A stretch of 64,000 nt of DNA from Amphiscolops sp. MND2022 (taxonomy: Eukaryota), in NCBI GenBank assembly GCA_964187785.1, contig OZ076409.1, positions 14,014,001 to 14,078,000 on the forward strand, read 5' to 3'. Made by a program: the position numbers and the translations under genes. Of the stretch, positions 37,201 through 48,018 are shown piece after piece. The number at the start of each line of letters is the position of its first letter. Positions within the stretch are counted from its first letter, which is position 1. The notes under the pieces are model-generated. The model had not been told where the DNA came from. It ran no database searches and worked only from the letters and a program-made list of their open reading frames with translations.

Positions 37201-39423
37201 CCTACACTAGTACTGACAGACAACAGATCAGTAACGCGATTTTTCCAGACAAAAACAACGCCACCTGCTCTCTGGAATGCCTGCGACCACGTACTCCAGT
37301 TCAAATTCCGCATCATGCACGTAGCAGGCTCGCAAAATACAGCAGCCGACTTCCTGTCTCGACTCGAATTAACTCCAAAAGAGAGAATCCAACTCAAATT
37401 ACGAGACGACATCATAACGGCACCCATCGAGGTTAACCTACAGTCTACAGACGTTGCGGACGAAGAACAACTCTTTTTCCTGCCAGATGAAGAAGAGGAA
37501 TCAGAACAAGAAATTTTCGCCAGGAAAGCCCTTAGCAAACAACGAGCAATAGACGAAAAGGAACAACAAAACTTGACAACAGAAGTCACAGAAACAGTGC
37601 ACATACCTCTCAACTCAGCAGTATACGCCTTTGGAGCCATCAAGGAAAACGCCCGCATCCGCAACGAACAGGACGCGGACCCGCTATTGAAAGCATTGAA
37701 ACTACGGCTGCTTCACGAAGAATACGACAAACACCTTCTCAAGACCGAACCCAGAGGATGAAACCTACTACGTCACGAAGAAAGAATAATAGTCAAAGAC
37801 GGAGTACTCATGCGTAAATACTACGGAGAAGACGGCACAGTAACACACCACCAAATCCTCATACCGAAACATATAGTACCGGAACTCCTATCGACGCTAC
37901 ATGGAAAAATGAACAAACACCCAGGAATAACCAAAATGATTCAGGAAAGCCGAGCAAAGTACTACTATCCGGGACTAGCGCGAAAAATTAGAGCCTGGGT
38001 AATCAACTGCCCAGATTGCATAGCCAACAAACGAATCGACACGCGCCAAATACGTCCTAAAATGCTGAGCAACACAGAATTCACATTCGGACCAGAAGAT
38101 TGTCTAGAAGTCGATATACTACCAAATCTACCCTCATCAAACGGATACAAACACATCATAACCATGATGGACGTTTTCTCCCGCTATTTATTTGCATACC
38201 CCACTCAAGACATGACAGCCAGAACAGTCGGACGATGCATAATTGACGTCATGACGCGTCATTGTTATCTGCCTACAGTGATTCTGACTGATAAAGGATC
38301 ACAATTTCGATCAGATGTCGTGAACCAAATAACACAAACACTGAACATACGGATTAGCCACGCGTCAACAAAGCATGCACAAACAATCGGCATACTCGAA
38401 AGAACGCATGCATCTCTAAAGACTTCCCTCAAGATATCAACGGGAGAACGTCGTTCAATGTGGCACAAATATGTACAAATTGCAGTAATGAACTACAACA
38501 CCAGTTACCACGAGAGCCTAGGATGCGAACCGACAACCGTATTTCACGGACGCATTCCGTACAACATCCTGGATATCAAGCTGGGACTCAAGCCAGAATG
38601 GAAAAAAGATGCTAACGAAGACCTAACGGACGAATTACAAAAGCAAATCGCTGAAATCCACCAGTCAGCCAAGGACAACCTCATGCAATCATATTTGAAG
38701 TATAAGCGATACTATGATAAAAAAGCGACAGCAACGCCATTGAAAATCAATGACTACTGCTACGTCCTGAACCCGAAGGCTGATAACCAGTCAATGAAAT
38801 TCGCATTCAAAGAATGCATTTGGACAGGACCATATATAGTGGTCAAAGTCCTTTCCAATAACAATTACGTCGTAAGACGGACAGGAACTAGATATACGCA
38901 AACCCTCCATAGAATTCGCCTAAGGCTATACGCGCCCAATCAACGAGTACCTGACGTAACAGTCAAAGTGGAAGATCAGCTTCCAGACCCCGAGGTTAAA
39001 ACAACCCACGATGATTGGTACGCGCAAGCTTGGGAAACCGAATTCGGAGAAGTTCTGTTCGGAACCCCAACGGAAAACGACAATGAAGAAGCTACTATCA
39101 CGGAAGTACAAACTGAAGACGGAGATACAACGGACCATGAAACAGTTACAACAACCGCAGAAGAGAATACAATGATGGATAAAACATCTTCCGGAGACAA
39201 CACGTCCCTCAACTTAGACGTCAGTGAAAACCCTTTCATAATGACCCCGCCACCTACAGAAAGTCCCCCAATACCGCCCACATTGCCGCCTATAGTTGTC
39301 GGATACAATCCTCGAAAAACGGGAAGATATAACCTACGACCTAATCCTAGACCTAATGCACATCCTGATTTTCGGATGCTCGACGCTATCACTACGGAAG
39401 AGAATTCTCAACCTCAACACTGA
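34207..39423 (+). CDS. pol: Pol polyprotein (protease, RT, RNase H, integrase) with a single in-frame TGA at 37759-37761
   Basis: ALVDSGA; YVDD; TDAS/KEFLAI/TDN/AADFLSR; HHCC zinc finger, VDI...TDKGSQF...ILERTH and WTGPY. ORFs 34303..37761 and 37810..39423 are in the same frame. Confidence 0.95.
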
Positions 39424-39625
39424 ATAAAAACGATCAGAGAACCAAACTGAACCGGAGTGGCAACGGTAAATTTTCAACTCATAACTAAGCTACGCAAGAC
39501 AATTGGACAACCAAGGTGCCCCGAAAGAATAAATCAAAGCATCACACAAGGCAGAGCCAAATAAATAAATAAAGCATCAAGAAACAACTCAACATCAAAT
39601 CAACGATATCATAGCATTATCTGTT

Positions 39626-42600
39626 TCATGGCTTTCCCAGTTTGTGAACGACGTCTGGATCACAGATATCACCTTTTTTGTTCTTCTTAGACCCCTTTGA
39701 ACCACCAGCCCTGCTCTGTTTTGATGAAGCTGCTCCACTTCCTTTATCGCTACCTTTAACAGCCGGACGAACAACGGGCACATCCGCCTTCACAAATTTT
39801 GTAACCGATGGTTTATTGGTCGACTTCCTCGAACTAGCAACAGAACTCGCCACACTTCCAACCTCAGTTGAACTAGAACAATGTCTTTCGCGAGCACTTC
39901 GATTCGCTTTGTTCGACTCCACATAAAATGCCTCGCACTCCTTCCGTCGCTCCGAGACATGACGACAATACAGCGATTCATAATGTTTAATGAACGCATC
40001 CATATCGCCCACGCAGAAATCCTTCCACACGTCAAAGTCAGTAACCCTGAAGAAGTCGCCAGCATTCAGAAGAGCATCGCGGATAACGGACAGGAGTGAA
40101 CCAGAAAAGAATAACCGAGCATTAAAACTAGGCCCGATAATATGGGATTGCACCATCAAAATGCACTCTTGCAGAACAGACGACTTCAGCGTGCTACCAC
40201 CCAAATCTATCGTCACAGCAGGAGGGTCACTCTTCGGCAATCCAACGAAAAGGCAACATAACTTGAATAGCCGAAATACGTGGACTCGGGACTGGAACGC
40301 AAAATCCCGTAACAGGAAACTAATGACATCATCAATGTCACTCGCAGCACACGTAGCATCCTCGTGATGTCGCCGTTTCTCAATGACATAACTTTTAAAC
40401 TCAGCAGAAGCAGCATTCAAATCGTCCGGTGTCATAACGCGACAAGATCTCAACAAATCACAGAGGGAACCAAACAATTCGAATATGTGAAGATCATCGC
40501 CCTCCAACATAATTTCAGGACAGAAGCTGTAGAGTCCGCGAGAAATACCAGAAGTAACAGCAGTGCTTGACACAATTAGTGAGACAACACGATCAATACA
40601 TTCACGACACTTCACCCGAAAATCTTGCACGTCGCCAGTCTTGATTGCAGACAACCCTCGCCCAAACTCACTATCCATTAAGAATTCGCTCATAGAAATC
40701 TGATCGAACCCAGAGAGTTTTGAAACATCCATATAACTCTCCCACTCATGTATCCCAGGCAAACTGGACAACTTGCGAGTCCGCATCAGGAGGCAATAAA
40801 CGAAGTTACAGACCTCGCCGTAACCATGGAAGGCGTAATCTTTACGGCCTTGACGAAGCTTCTCAAAGTTGAAGTAATCTAAAACGAAACACGCTCGTCA
40901 ACAAACACACATCTTGCCTCCAGGACACAGCAATCAACAGAAATTGAACGCAATAACACCAACACAATAAAGAAAGCCAATCAACAAAAGACAACAGCCA
41001 ATTGAAAGACCATACTCCTAACGAAACGTCTTCGTACTTACAAGAATCCAACAGCAGCCGAAGGAAGCCAAAGCGATGCACAATGAGACTGTCGGAGACC
41101 AACTCGAAGTCCGTACCACGCAACTGAAATAAATAACACACCATCAAAATCAAATAACAAAAGAGGAAGACAAGCAACTATAACCGAAAAAAAAAATTAC
41201 AATATAACAGCACTCACCCGATCAACGGTACTCTTGAAATGCGGATGTCCCGTGTACCGAATGAAGGGACGTATGGAAGGCCACAGCTCAATCAGATCAC
41301 TTAAGATCTCCCGCAAGTCGCAAAAGGCCACAGAACCCGCACGTATGGTTGCACGCAGAAGAGGCTTGTCCTCGCTCCAGTCTTCATACAGAGCCCCTTT
41401 CAACCGATGGATTATATATTCCACTGCTGTTGTTATCTCAATCATTCCGAAAATATCCTGGTGAGCTTGGCGAAAGCACTGCAAAAACACCTCTTCATCA
41501 AAGGATTGCCAAGACACAAAGCGACGATCATCAGTTCTCCCTGCGTCCAGCACCCGAAACAGCGAAGGACTGGCACCACAAATAGATACGGGCATCTGTT
41601 GCCCCTCCAAGCAGTTCACAACTCGGGCCAACGGAAGCAATTCAGGGGCAGGCATCCTTTGGTCGAGAGTCTCATTGCCCACACAAATCTTTTTCAAAAC
41701 AAGCCCGTCCCAGCACAGAACATAGCACCGCTCGACATGACCAGACTTCTCAAATTGCACCCCGTACTCCTTAAAGGCCTTGATGTCGCTAATCATCAGC
41801 CGAAGAACCCGAGGGGCCAGCCCTTGACAAAGAAACGACTAAAATACGTACAACCGACCTCACTCCCAAATTACTGAAAATCATCATCCCTCCCCCACAC
41901 GAACAAACTACGAAATTAAACTGGCATAAAAAGAAGGAAAGAAACGAAAAAGAAGAGAAAACAACAGACTAACCACAGTCTCCGAACGGCTCCAACGCAA
42001 AGGAAAACACGGCTCCCGTTCGTCCAAAGTTGCACAAAAATGGCCCCACAGACGACGAAGATAGTCGAAGTCGCCACCATTACGAAGAAACTCGCAAAAG
42101 CAGGAAACCAGGGTCATGAAGGGCACATTTGAGTCAGGCTTAGAGTGTTTGGGAACCAAGTCTTCTGGAAATGGGTACTCTTCACCCAGGTCACAAAAGG
42201 GCCGTGACTTGTAATCCGCCAGCTGTCTCTCTGACAATTCCATTGGTTCCATCAAACGGTTCAAAACTTGCAACCCCATGTGGACGCGATAGGTTACGTC
42301 TTTGAACCAATGGGCATCTGATTGGAAATGCCTCCTGAACTCGCCAACGCCCTGGGACCTCATGGCTACATCACGTTGACAGACTCGACAATTGAAGTGG
42401 GTTCCCACAGCCTTTTTGGAGCCCGTCACAAAATCGGGGAAGGCAGGATGACGACTCAACATCCGACGATGGAGTATGTTGCGACTACCATACGTCTTCA
42501 CCACTTTCTTCGTCAATTTTTTCTCGACCCTTCCGCTGAACTCCTGCAACTCTGTAAAACAAAATACAAAAATAGACACACAGATGAAACCCAAACTCCG

Positions 42601-43706
42601 AACCACTCAACTGCTCGCAACAGCGTAGCCACCGAATACACACCGTTCAACCGAAAACCAAAAATACTAACCATTCTGGATAGCCAAACTGGTACCCTCC
42701 TTCACTTCTTCCACCAGCCGTTGACCAAGGCGCACCACGTCCTGAGGACTTAACATCACACCACCAGAGCGATACAGCTGCTCCTCATCGTTACCTGAAA
42801 CAACAACGGATGTTTAATGGCAACTTAGAGAGAATATCACCCACCCGAAAAGTTCCTGACAAAATATGACAAACTATTCCTTTTTTTTCTCTTTTCTTCT
42901 TCCTTCTTCCAGCACCACAGAGGCAAACCAAACAACAAATGCGAAAAACAACATACTAACTAAGCCAGTTACCAGCAGCATTCATCAATGGTGGAGGAGA
43001 CGGTGGCAATAACACAACCTTCTTCCCACGTTTTGAAGGCGTAACGTCACCAACAGAAGCATCAGCCGAATTATCCCCGCGCAGAACTATAATATCAAAT
43101 ATACTCTGGTGCTACCACCTACATGACGTAAACATGACGCCAAAAGCAAACCTCACCAACCTGTTTTCCTCTTGCTGGGGGGATCTGTCTCACCTCCTTG
43201 AGACTCACTATCGCTGCTAGTAGCGACAACAAGGCGAGTAACAGGACTACTAGTCTCGGGAAGAGTATTGGCAACTTGAGGAGAAACCTCAGAGCAAGAA
43301 GCGACAACTCCGGAAGCACACAATACACTGCTCAACGCATCATTGACGCTGCAAGTAGACTTGGGCGGCAGAATAGTTGAAACTGACGGCAAAACATTAG
43401 CAACAGTGGAAGATACGCCCGTAGCAGGCACGGAAACAGTCACTGTCGGGATGCCAGGTTGAGCTACTGAAAATCAAGATCTGGTTTGACGCGTCAGGGT
43501 TACGGGTAAAAGACTACAAAAGGCTGATCACCAAAAGAATAGTCAAAATACCCATGAAAGTCAGAAAGATTTTACCAACCTGAAGAAGTAATAACAGCAT
43601 CTACATCTGAGAAAACCACATCATCATCGGTATAGCAGAAATTTGTCTCATTTCCACTCACAGTACCAGCGACTGCACCAGATGAAGGAACAACAGCGTC
43701 GTCCAT
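39626..43706 (-). CDS. Antisense 8-coding-exon gene, ~1067 aa: S/P/V-rich N-terminus, C2H2/BED-like zinc finger, inactive hAT-transposase-like body, basic tail
   Basis: Exons (minus): 43706-43580, 43466-43161, 43086-42973 (alt. donor 42961), 42794-42672, 42551-41974, 41838-41218, 41123-41042, 40878-39626. All 7 introns are GT..AG; phases 1,1,1,1,0,0,1 are compatible; total 3204 nt with no internal stop. Confidence 0.82.
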
Positions 43707-44268
43707 AACTCGGAAGATTACAGAAGTCTTCAAGAGAATCTGAAAAAGAAGAAAACAAATAATCAAAGAAAAGAAAAGGAGAAAAACTACGTCGTGCTCC
43801 CGTAAAATTTTGGAAAAATAACAACATCATCCCTGTGTGACTAAAGAAATGTACATATTTTAACTTCAGTAAAAGCCCTTTGCGGCACCGACGGGACAAA
43901 ACGTTCCCACGAAAAATGCTACTGAAGAATCAAAATTCACCAGGAAGTTCTGAAGAAAAAGCTTAACAAATTAAAATTTACGAGAGATAGACGTTATTCT
44001 ACCTAAAAGAAACGAATGACGTCATTGAACCGATGACCGAAAAGGAAACAGATATTAAATTAGAAGAGTTTTCCTAAAGCTACAACCAATCGCAGCGAAA
44101 ACGGAGAGGAAACGGCTCACCGGATTAGGTCGGATCGAAACGAAAATAAAAAATCAACCAATAGGATTGCAGCACGAGGTACGAAAAGAAGATCACTAAA
44201 CAGTCATTTGTCGTATAACTTTACAAAGAACAGCTTGTTCAGCTTAAAATCTCTACCAAACTACCGAA

Positions 44269-44979
44269 ATGGAAAGTTTTCATCAACGAAGCATCATCGA
44301 CATTTCGTCTGATGAAGAATCCACTCCGTTGCAGCAGAGTACTCCAATCAAGTACTACCCTTTAAACGTAGTACAAGCCCTCAATTTGAGCGAAGAATCA
44401 ACGACGGCTAAAATGGGAAGTGAATCCAGCATGGACATAACAGCGTCGACATTTGAGTCCGGCCCCTCCCCGTATAAAAGAATCACTTTCTCAGCCACAC
44501 GTGACGAAGAAAGAGAAGAATTCTCTGTGGAAAGGCCGCCGATAACAAACTCCGAATCAAGTTTTTATGAAGAACTCGAGTCGTCTGATGAAATGCCCCG
44601 CCTAACTCCCGCACCCACACTGAGAGAGGTGACGAATACGTTCCAGGAAGATTACGTCCCCCCTCCGAAGACGACTAAACTAAATGATTTAGAAGAACCA
44701 TCTGAAAATGAATTGGAAGACATCTGGGGTTTAAAGCCTAACGAGGATGACTTCTACTCGCTAGCTGGACGCGGTAGCAGCTTTACATCGAAAAAACTAC
44801 AAAGGAACATCAGACAACCCGTGACGGTAGTGAAAGAAATTCCTCACTGCTCTGGACTGCCAACTTTTCGTGCCAGAGGGGCCCTGTCACGACCCGCTCC
44901 CGGTCGGGATTACTCTTGCTGCAGTGGCGTGCAGGAATTCAAAAGGGGGAGAGGACACGGAAGGCCCAAGCAAAGCTAA
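44269..44979 (+). CDS. Extra sense ORF X, 236 aa, acidic/Ser-Pro-rich, overlapping start of 3' LTR; unknown function
   Basis: Uninterrupted ORF, ATG in context GAAATGG, preceded by CRE and two CCAAT boxes; no recognisable domain. Confidence 0.55.
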   Translation: MESFHQRSIIDISSDEESTPLQQSTPIKYYPLNVVQALNLSEESTTAKMGSESSMDITASTFESGPSPYKRITFSATRDEEREEFSVERPPITNSESSFYEELESSDEMPRLTPAPTLREVTNTFQEDYVPPPKTTKLNDLEEPSENELEDIWGLKPNEDDFYSLAGRGSSFTSKKLQRNIRQPVTVVKEIPHCSGLPTFRARGALSRPAPGRDYSCCSGVQEFKRGRGHGRPKQS

Positions 44980-47038
44980 GTAAAATACTGAACTTACCTT
45001 GTCTAAACTACAGCACGAACTAAGGATTAACGGAAGCGCAACGTGAAATATCCAAAAATGATCTTGAGCAAAATAGGACTTCCGATTTAAAGTTTTCACA
45101 TGTAATCACTTTACTACATCCGGTTTTGTTTCTGAAAAATCCATGACAATCTAAATACTAAAAAGAAACATTCATAACACTGGGATCAATTTTCGTCCTC
45201 TCCACACTGAAATGAAAACATCAGTTAATTCCGTGGTCCCAACGGAATGCATGTGATCTAAAATAAGGAAAATACAGAGAGAATTTAATAGACTTGTTTC
45301 CAAAGTCTGAAGTAGTTGTTAAAAGCCACTCAAATTACAGTCAAGTAATTTGAATAAACCTTTACAACGCTATGGCAACGTCAATCAGATAAACAAGTTG
45401 CTGGTATTCCTGATTTAATGAACCAATAGCGTCGCTGCTAAGGACGGAATGTTTGCGCTCGAGCTAGTAAGGACCATTCTAATGACGTCATTAAGAACGA
45501 ATTTAAAGATGGCGAATTGCTCCGCTCTAACTTCGCTAGCTGCTAAGCTAATCTTAATACGCACGTAGCATCTACGGGACGAATTGTAAGCTAAAGAAAC
45601 TATAGCTAATCTTAATACGTACGTAGCATCTACGGGACGGATTGTAAGCTAAGGAAACTATAGCTAATCTTAATACGTACGTGACATCTACGGGGAAGAT
45701 TGTAACTTAGCAAAACTATACTTAATGTTAATACATGCAAAATAACTGTGGAAAAATCTGAGACTTAAGGACTAGTACAGCAGATCAAGACATTCCTTGG
45801 AACACGTAGAATTTTGTTAGGACAACCAAAATATTGTAGGATTCAATTATTTCCTCCCGATTTTCTCTGTTCTTTAAGCAATCTAAACGTTCGTGCTGTA
45901 GGACCAAGGCAAAAGTGAATTTCTTAATGGAAGGTGCTTTTCTTACTTTTAAGAAAATGATTTACGTACTCAGTACGTCTTAAAATGTTGTTGCTTTCCA
46001 TGTTGTTTGTTATTTTGTAACCATGTTTGATAGCATTATGTAAAAATCACGCAGGTTTATCGTTGCCAATTTCTGGTTTATAATAACCAAATTTCAGTTT
46101 GTATTTGTCGCTTTCTCGGTATCATTTGTTCCTTATCAAACATTTGATTTCAGTAATCCAAAAACTTAACTTAAATATTTCCGTGACGAATTTCGCTTGT
46201 CACTCTGTTGCTGCAAGTTGAAAATCTTGCCGCTCATAAGATGAATCATTGTTCATGCCCGCGTGCCTTTCGTGATGGAAGTTTAACTAGACATTTATTT
46301 TGCCGCTCTTTTGAGATTAAACCGGAAATGAGGATGATGAACAAAAATGAATTCAACAAGTATTCCGCGAAAGGGACGTGACTAGGAACTTTAAATTATG
46401 AACAACTAGTTAAAGGGTTGAAATAATAAGGATGACTAAGTGATTTTTATGAACAAAATGGATTTTTAGGATTCCTAGGAATTTTTAGGTGAGGAACAAA
46501 TGATGCTGAGAAGGTATATATAGTTGTAGATACTTTGAAAAGTTTAATCAATCTTTTGTTTCCCAATTAATCAATTTGTTCTGTTGATACAATAAAACTC
46601 GCTTCTTCGACGAATTAACATATTTCCGAAGACTTCTCTACTATAAACTTCCAAAGATGACTACTAGAAGCCAGAAAAGAAAAGCAGTTGAAGAATTAGT
46701 CTCTACTGAAATCGAAATACCGGTTCCAGAAATTAGTCTGAGCGAGAATCCCGTAGCAGGAACAAGCAAATCTCCTAGAGTCATTTCTGAAAACCTAGAA
46801 AATATTAAATCGGCTCTTAGAAAAGAGATAATGACCGATCTTACTAAAATCTTAGCCGAGAACCAGAAGGAAATGCTAAAACTGATAGCTCCAGTAACTA
46901 AAAAACAAACCCTAGTTAGAGCTTCTGAAGAAACTGATTCTGATCCCGAGAACATCCCGGAAAATGCAACATCAACACCTATAAAAACCAAATCCACTGC
47001 GACTACTAATAGGATTACCCCGGTAAATAGTCGTAACA
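44885..47038 (+). repeat. 3' LTR of element D
   Basis: Direct repeat of 31032-33185, followed by TSD CATAT. Confidence 0.97.
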
Positions 47039-47139
47039 CATATTTCAAAAAAATTCTTACGGAAGACCGTCAAAAACTTGATGTAGAAACATTGAAACAT
47101 CTATTATTTCTGTATGTTAATTCATCCAAGTTGAATTGA
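46657..47139 (+). CDS. Chimeric ORF: LTR-encoded Gag N-terminus (127 aa) fused in frame to hAT dimerisation-domain tail
   Basis: ...ITPVNSRN|TYFKKILTEDRQKLDVETLKHLLFLYVNSSKLN*; expression unknown. Confidence 0.5.
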   Translation: MTTRSQKRKAVEELVSTEIEIPVPEISLSENPVAGTSKSPRVISENLENIKSALRKEIMTDLTKILAENQKEMLKLIAPVTKKQTLVRASEETDSDPENIPENATSTPIKTKSTATTNRITPVNSRNTYFKKILTEDRQKLDVETLKHLLFLYVNSSKLN

Positions 47140-48018
47140 AACACTTGGAAAACCGTGTTTTTTCGTGCTTTAGTGTGAATTTGCCGTGATTTTCGTCTTC
47201 TTAGCGTCACATTTTCAGCGTGAATTATGCGAAAAATTTGCGTGATTAGCTGCCATGCCTGGGAGCACTGAAAGCTCAAAATTTTTGCCATTCAAACGTT
47301 CTACTTTTAAATGCAGCTAAAACCTTGTCAATTTTACAGCACTTTTACTGCAAATGAACTTCAGTCACTTAGTAGCTATGATAGCAGTGTCGAATTTAAT
47401 GTCCAAATTGAATGACTGTGATTACATAAGTTGCCTACCTGAGCAATTAGCGTGCGTGTGGAAACAATGTGAACGGGACTTTGAAAAAGTTGATATATTT
47501 CCAAATTTAATTGAACTCAAATTGAAATGTGAACTGAACATAAAGGTAAACTGTGAACAAACAATTTGCTGAGGAAGTTTAAAACATGGACTCTTCTTCC
47601 AAAATCAAAGAATATTAACGACGTTTTTCTGCACTCATACTTTTGGTCCAAAGTTGACGTTTGTTTACAGTGAGTAGTGATTACAGTGAAAAAGAGTGAA
47701 TTATTTCCAAAGGGTACTGTAACAAATTTCACTAGAACTGCAGTTTTCAACGCTTTTAAAACGCGAGGTATTTGTTTGGTGTAGAAAGTTTTTGCGAAGG
47801 GGGTTTTACAAGGTCCTAAAAGTTTTTTTATTTCCTGTTTCCAAAATGTGAAGCAGTTCCTTTTGAGACTGGGTGAAAACACTAAGCAGGTCTGACGAAA
47901 AATCCTCTCTCAGTGACGCCATCCATGCTTCTAACTCAATATTTCTGACTCTTCTAGCTCAATCGTCTAGCTCTTCTAGCTCAATCTACGCCAACAAAGT
48001 CTCGTTTGTCACTTGTTT

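Larger units (their letters stand above)
31032..47038 (+). mobile_element. Ty3/Gypsy LTR retrotransposon D, full length 16,007 bp, with extra antisense gene
   Basis: Two 2154-bp LTRs (TGTCACGAC...GTCGTAACA), TSD CATAT (31027-31031 and 47039-47043), PBS at 33186, gag, and pol in PR-RT-RH-IN order. Confidence 0.98.

Noticed and set aside
35005..39392. Many 60-160 aa minus-strand ORFs opposite pol
   Set aside because: Shadow ORFs expected opposite a biased coding strand; no motifs or splice pattern.
39595..43899. Treating the minus-strand ORFs (386, 104, 199, 232, 96, 64 aa) as separate genes
   Set aside because: Their hydrophobic F/L/C-rich ends are translated intron sequence; splice sites join them into one frame.
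39424..44884. env gene (errantivirus-like) in the 5.4-kb post-pol region
   Set aside because: No sense ORF with signal peptide, furin site and transmembrane anchor; the coding signal is on the antisense strand.
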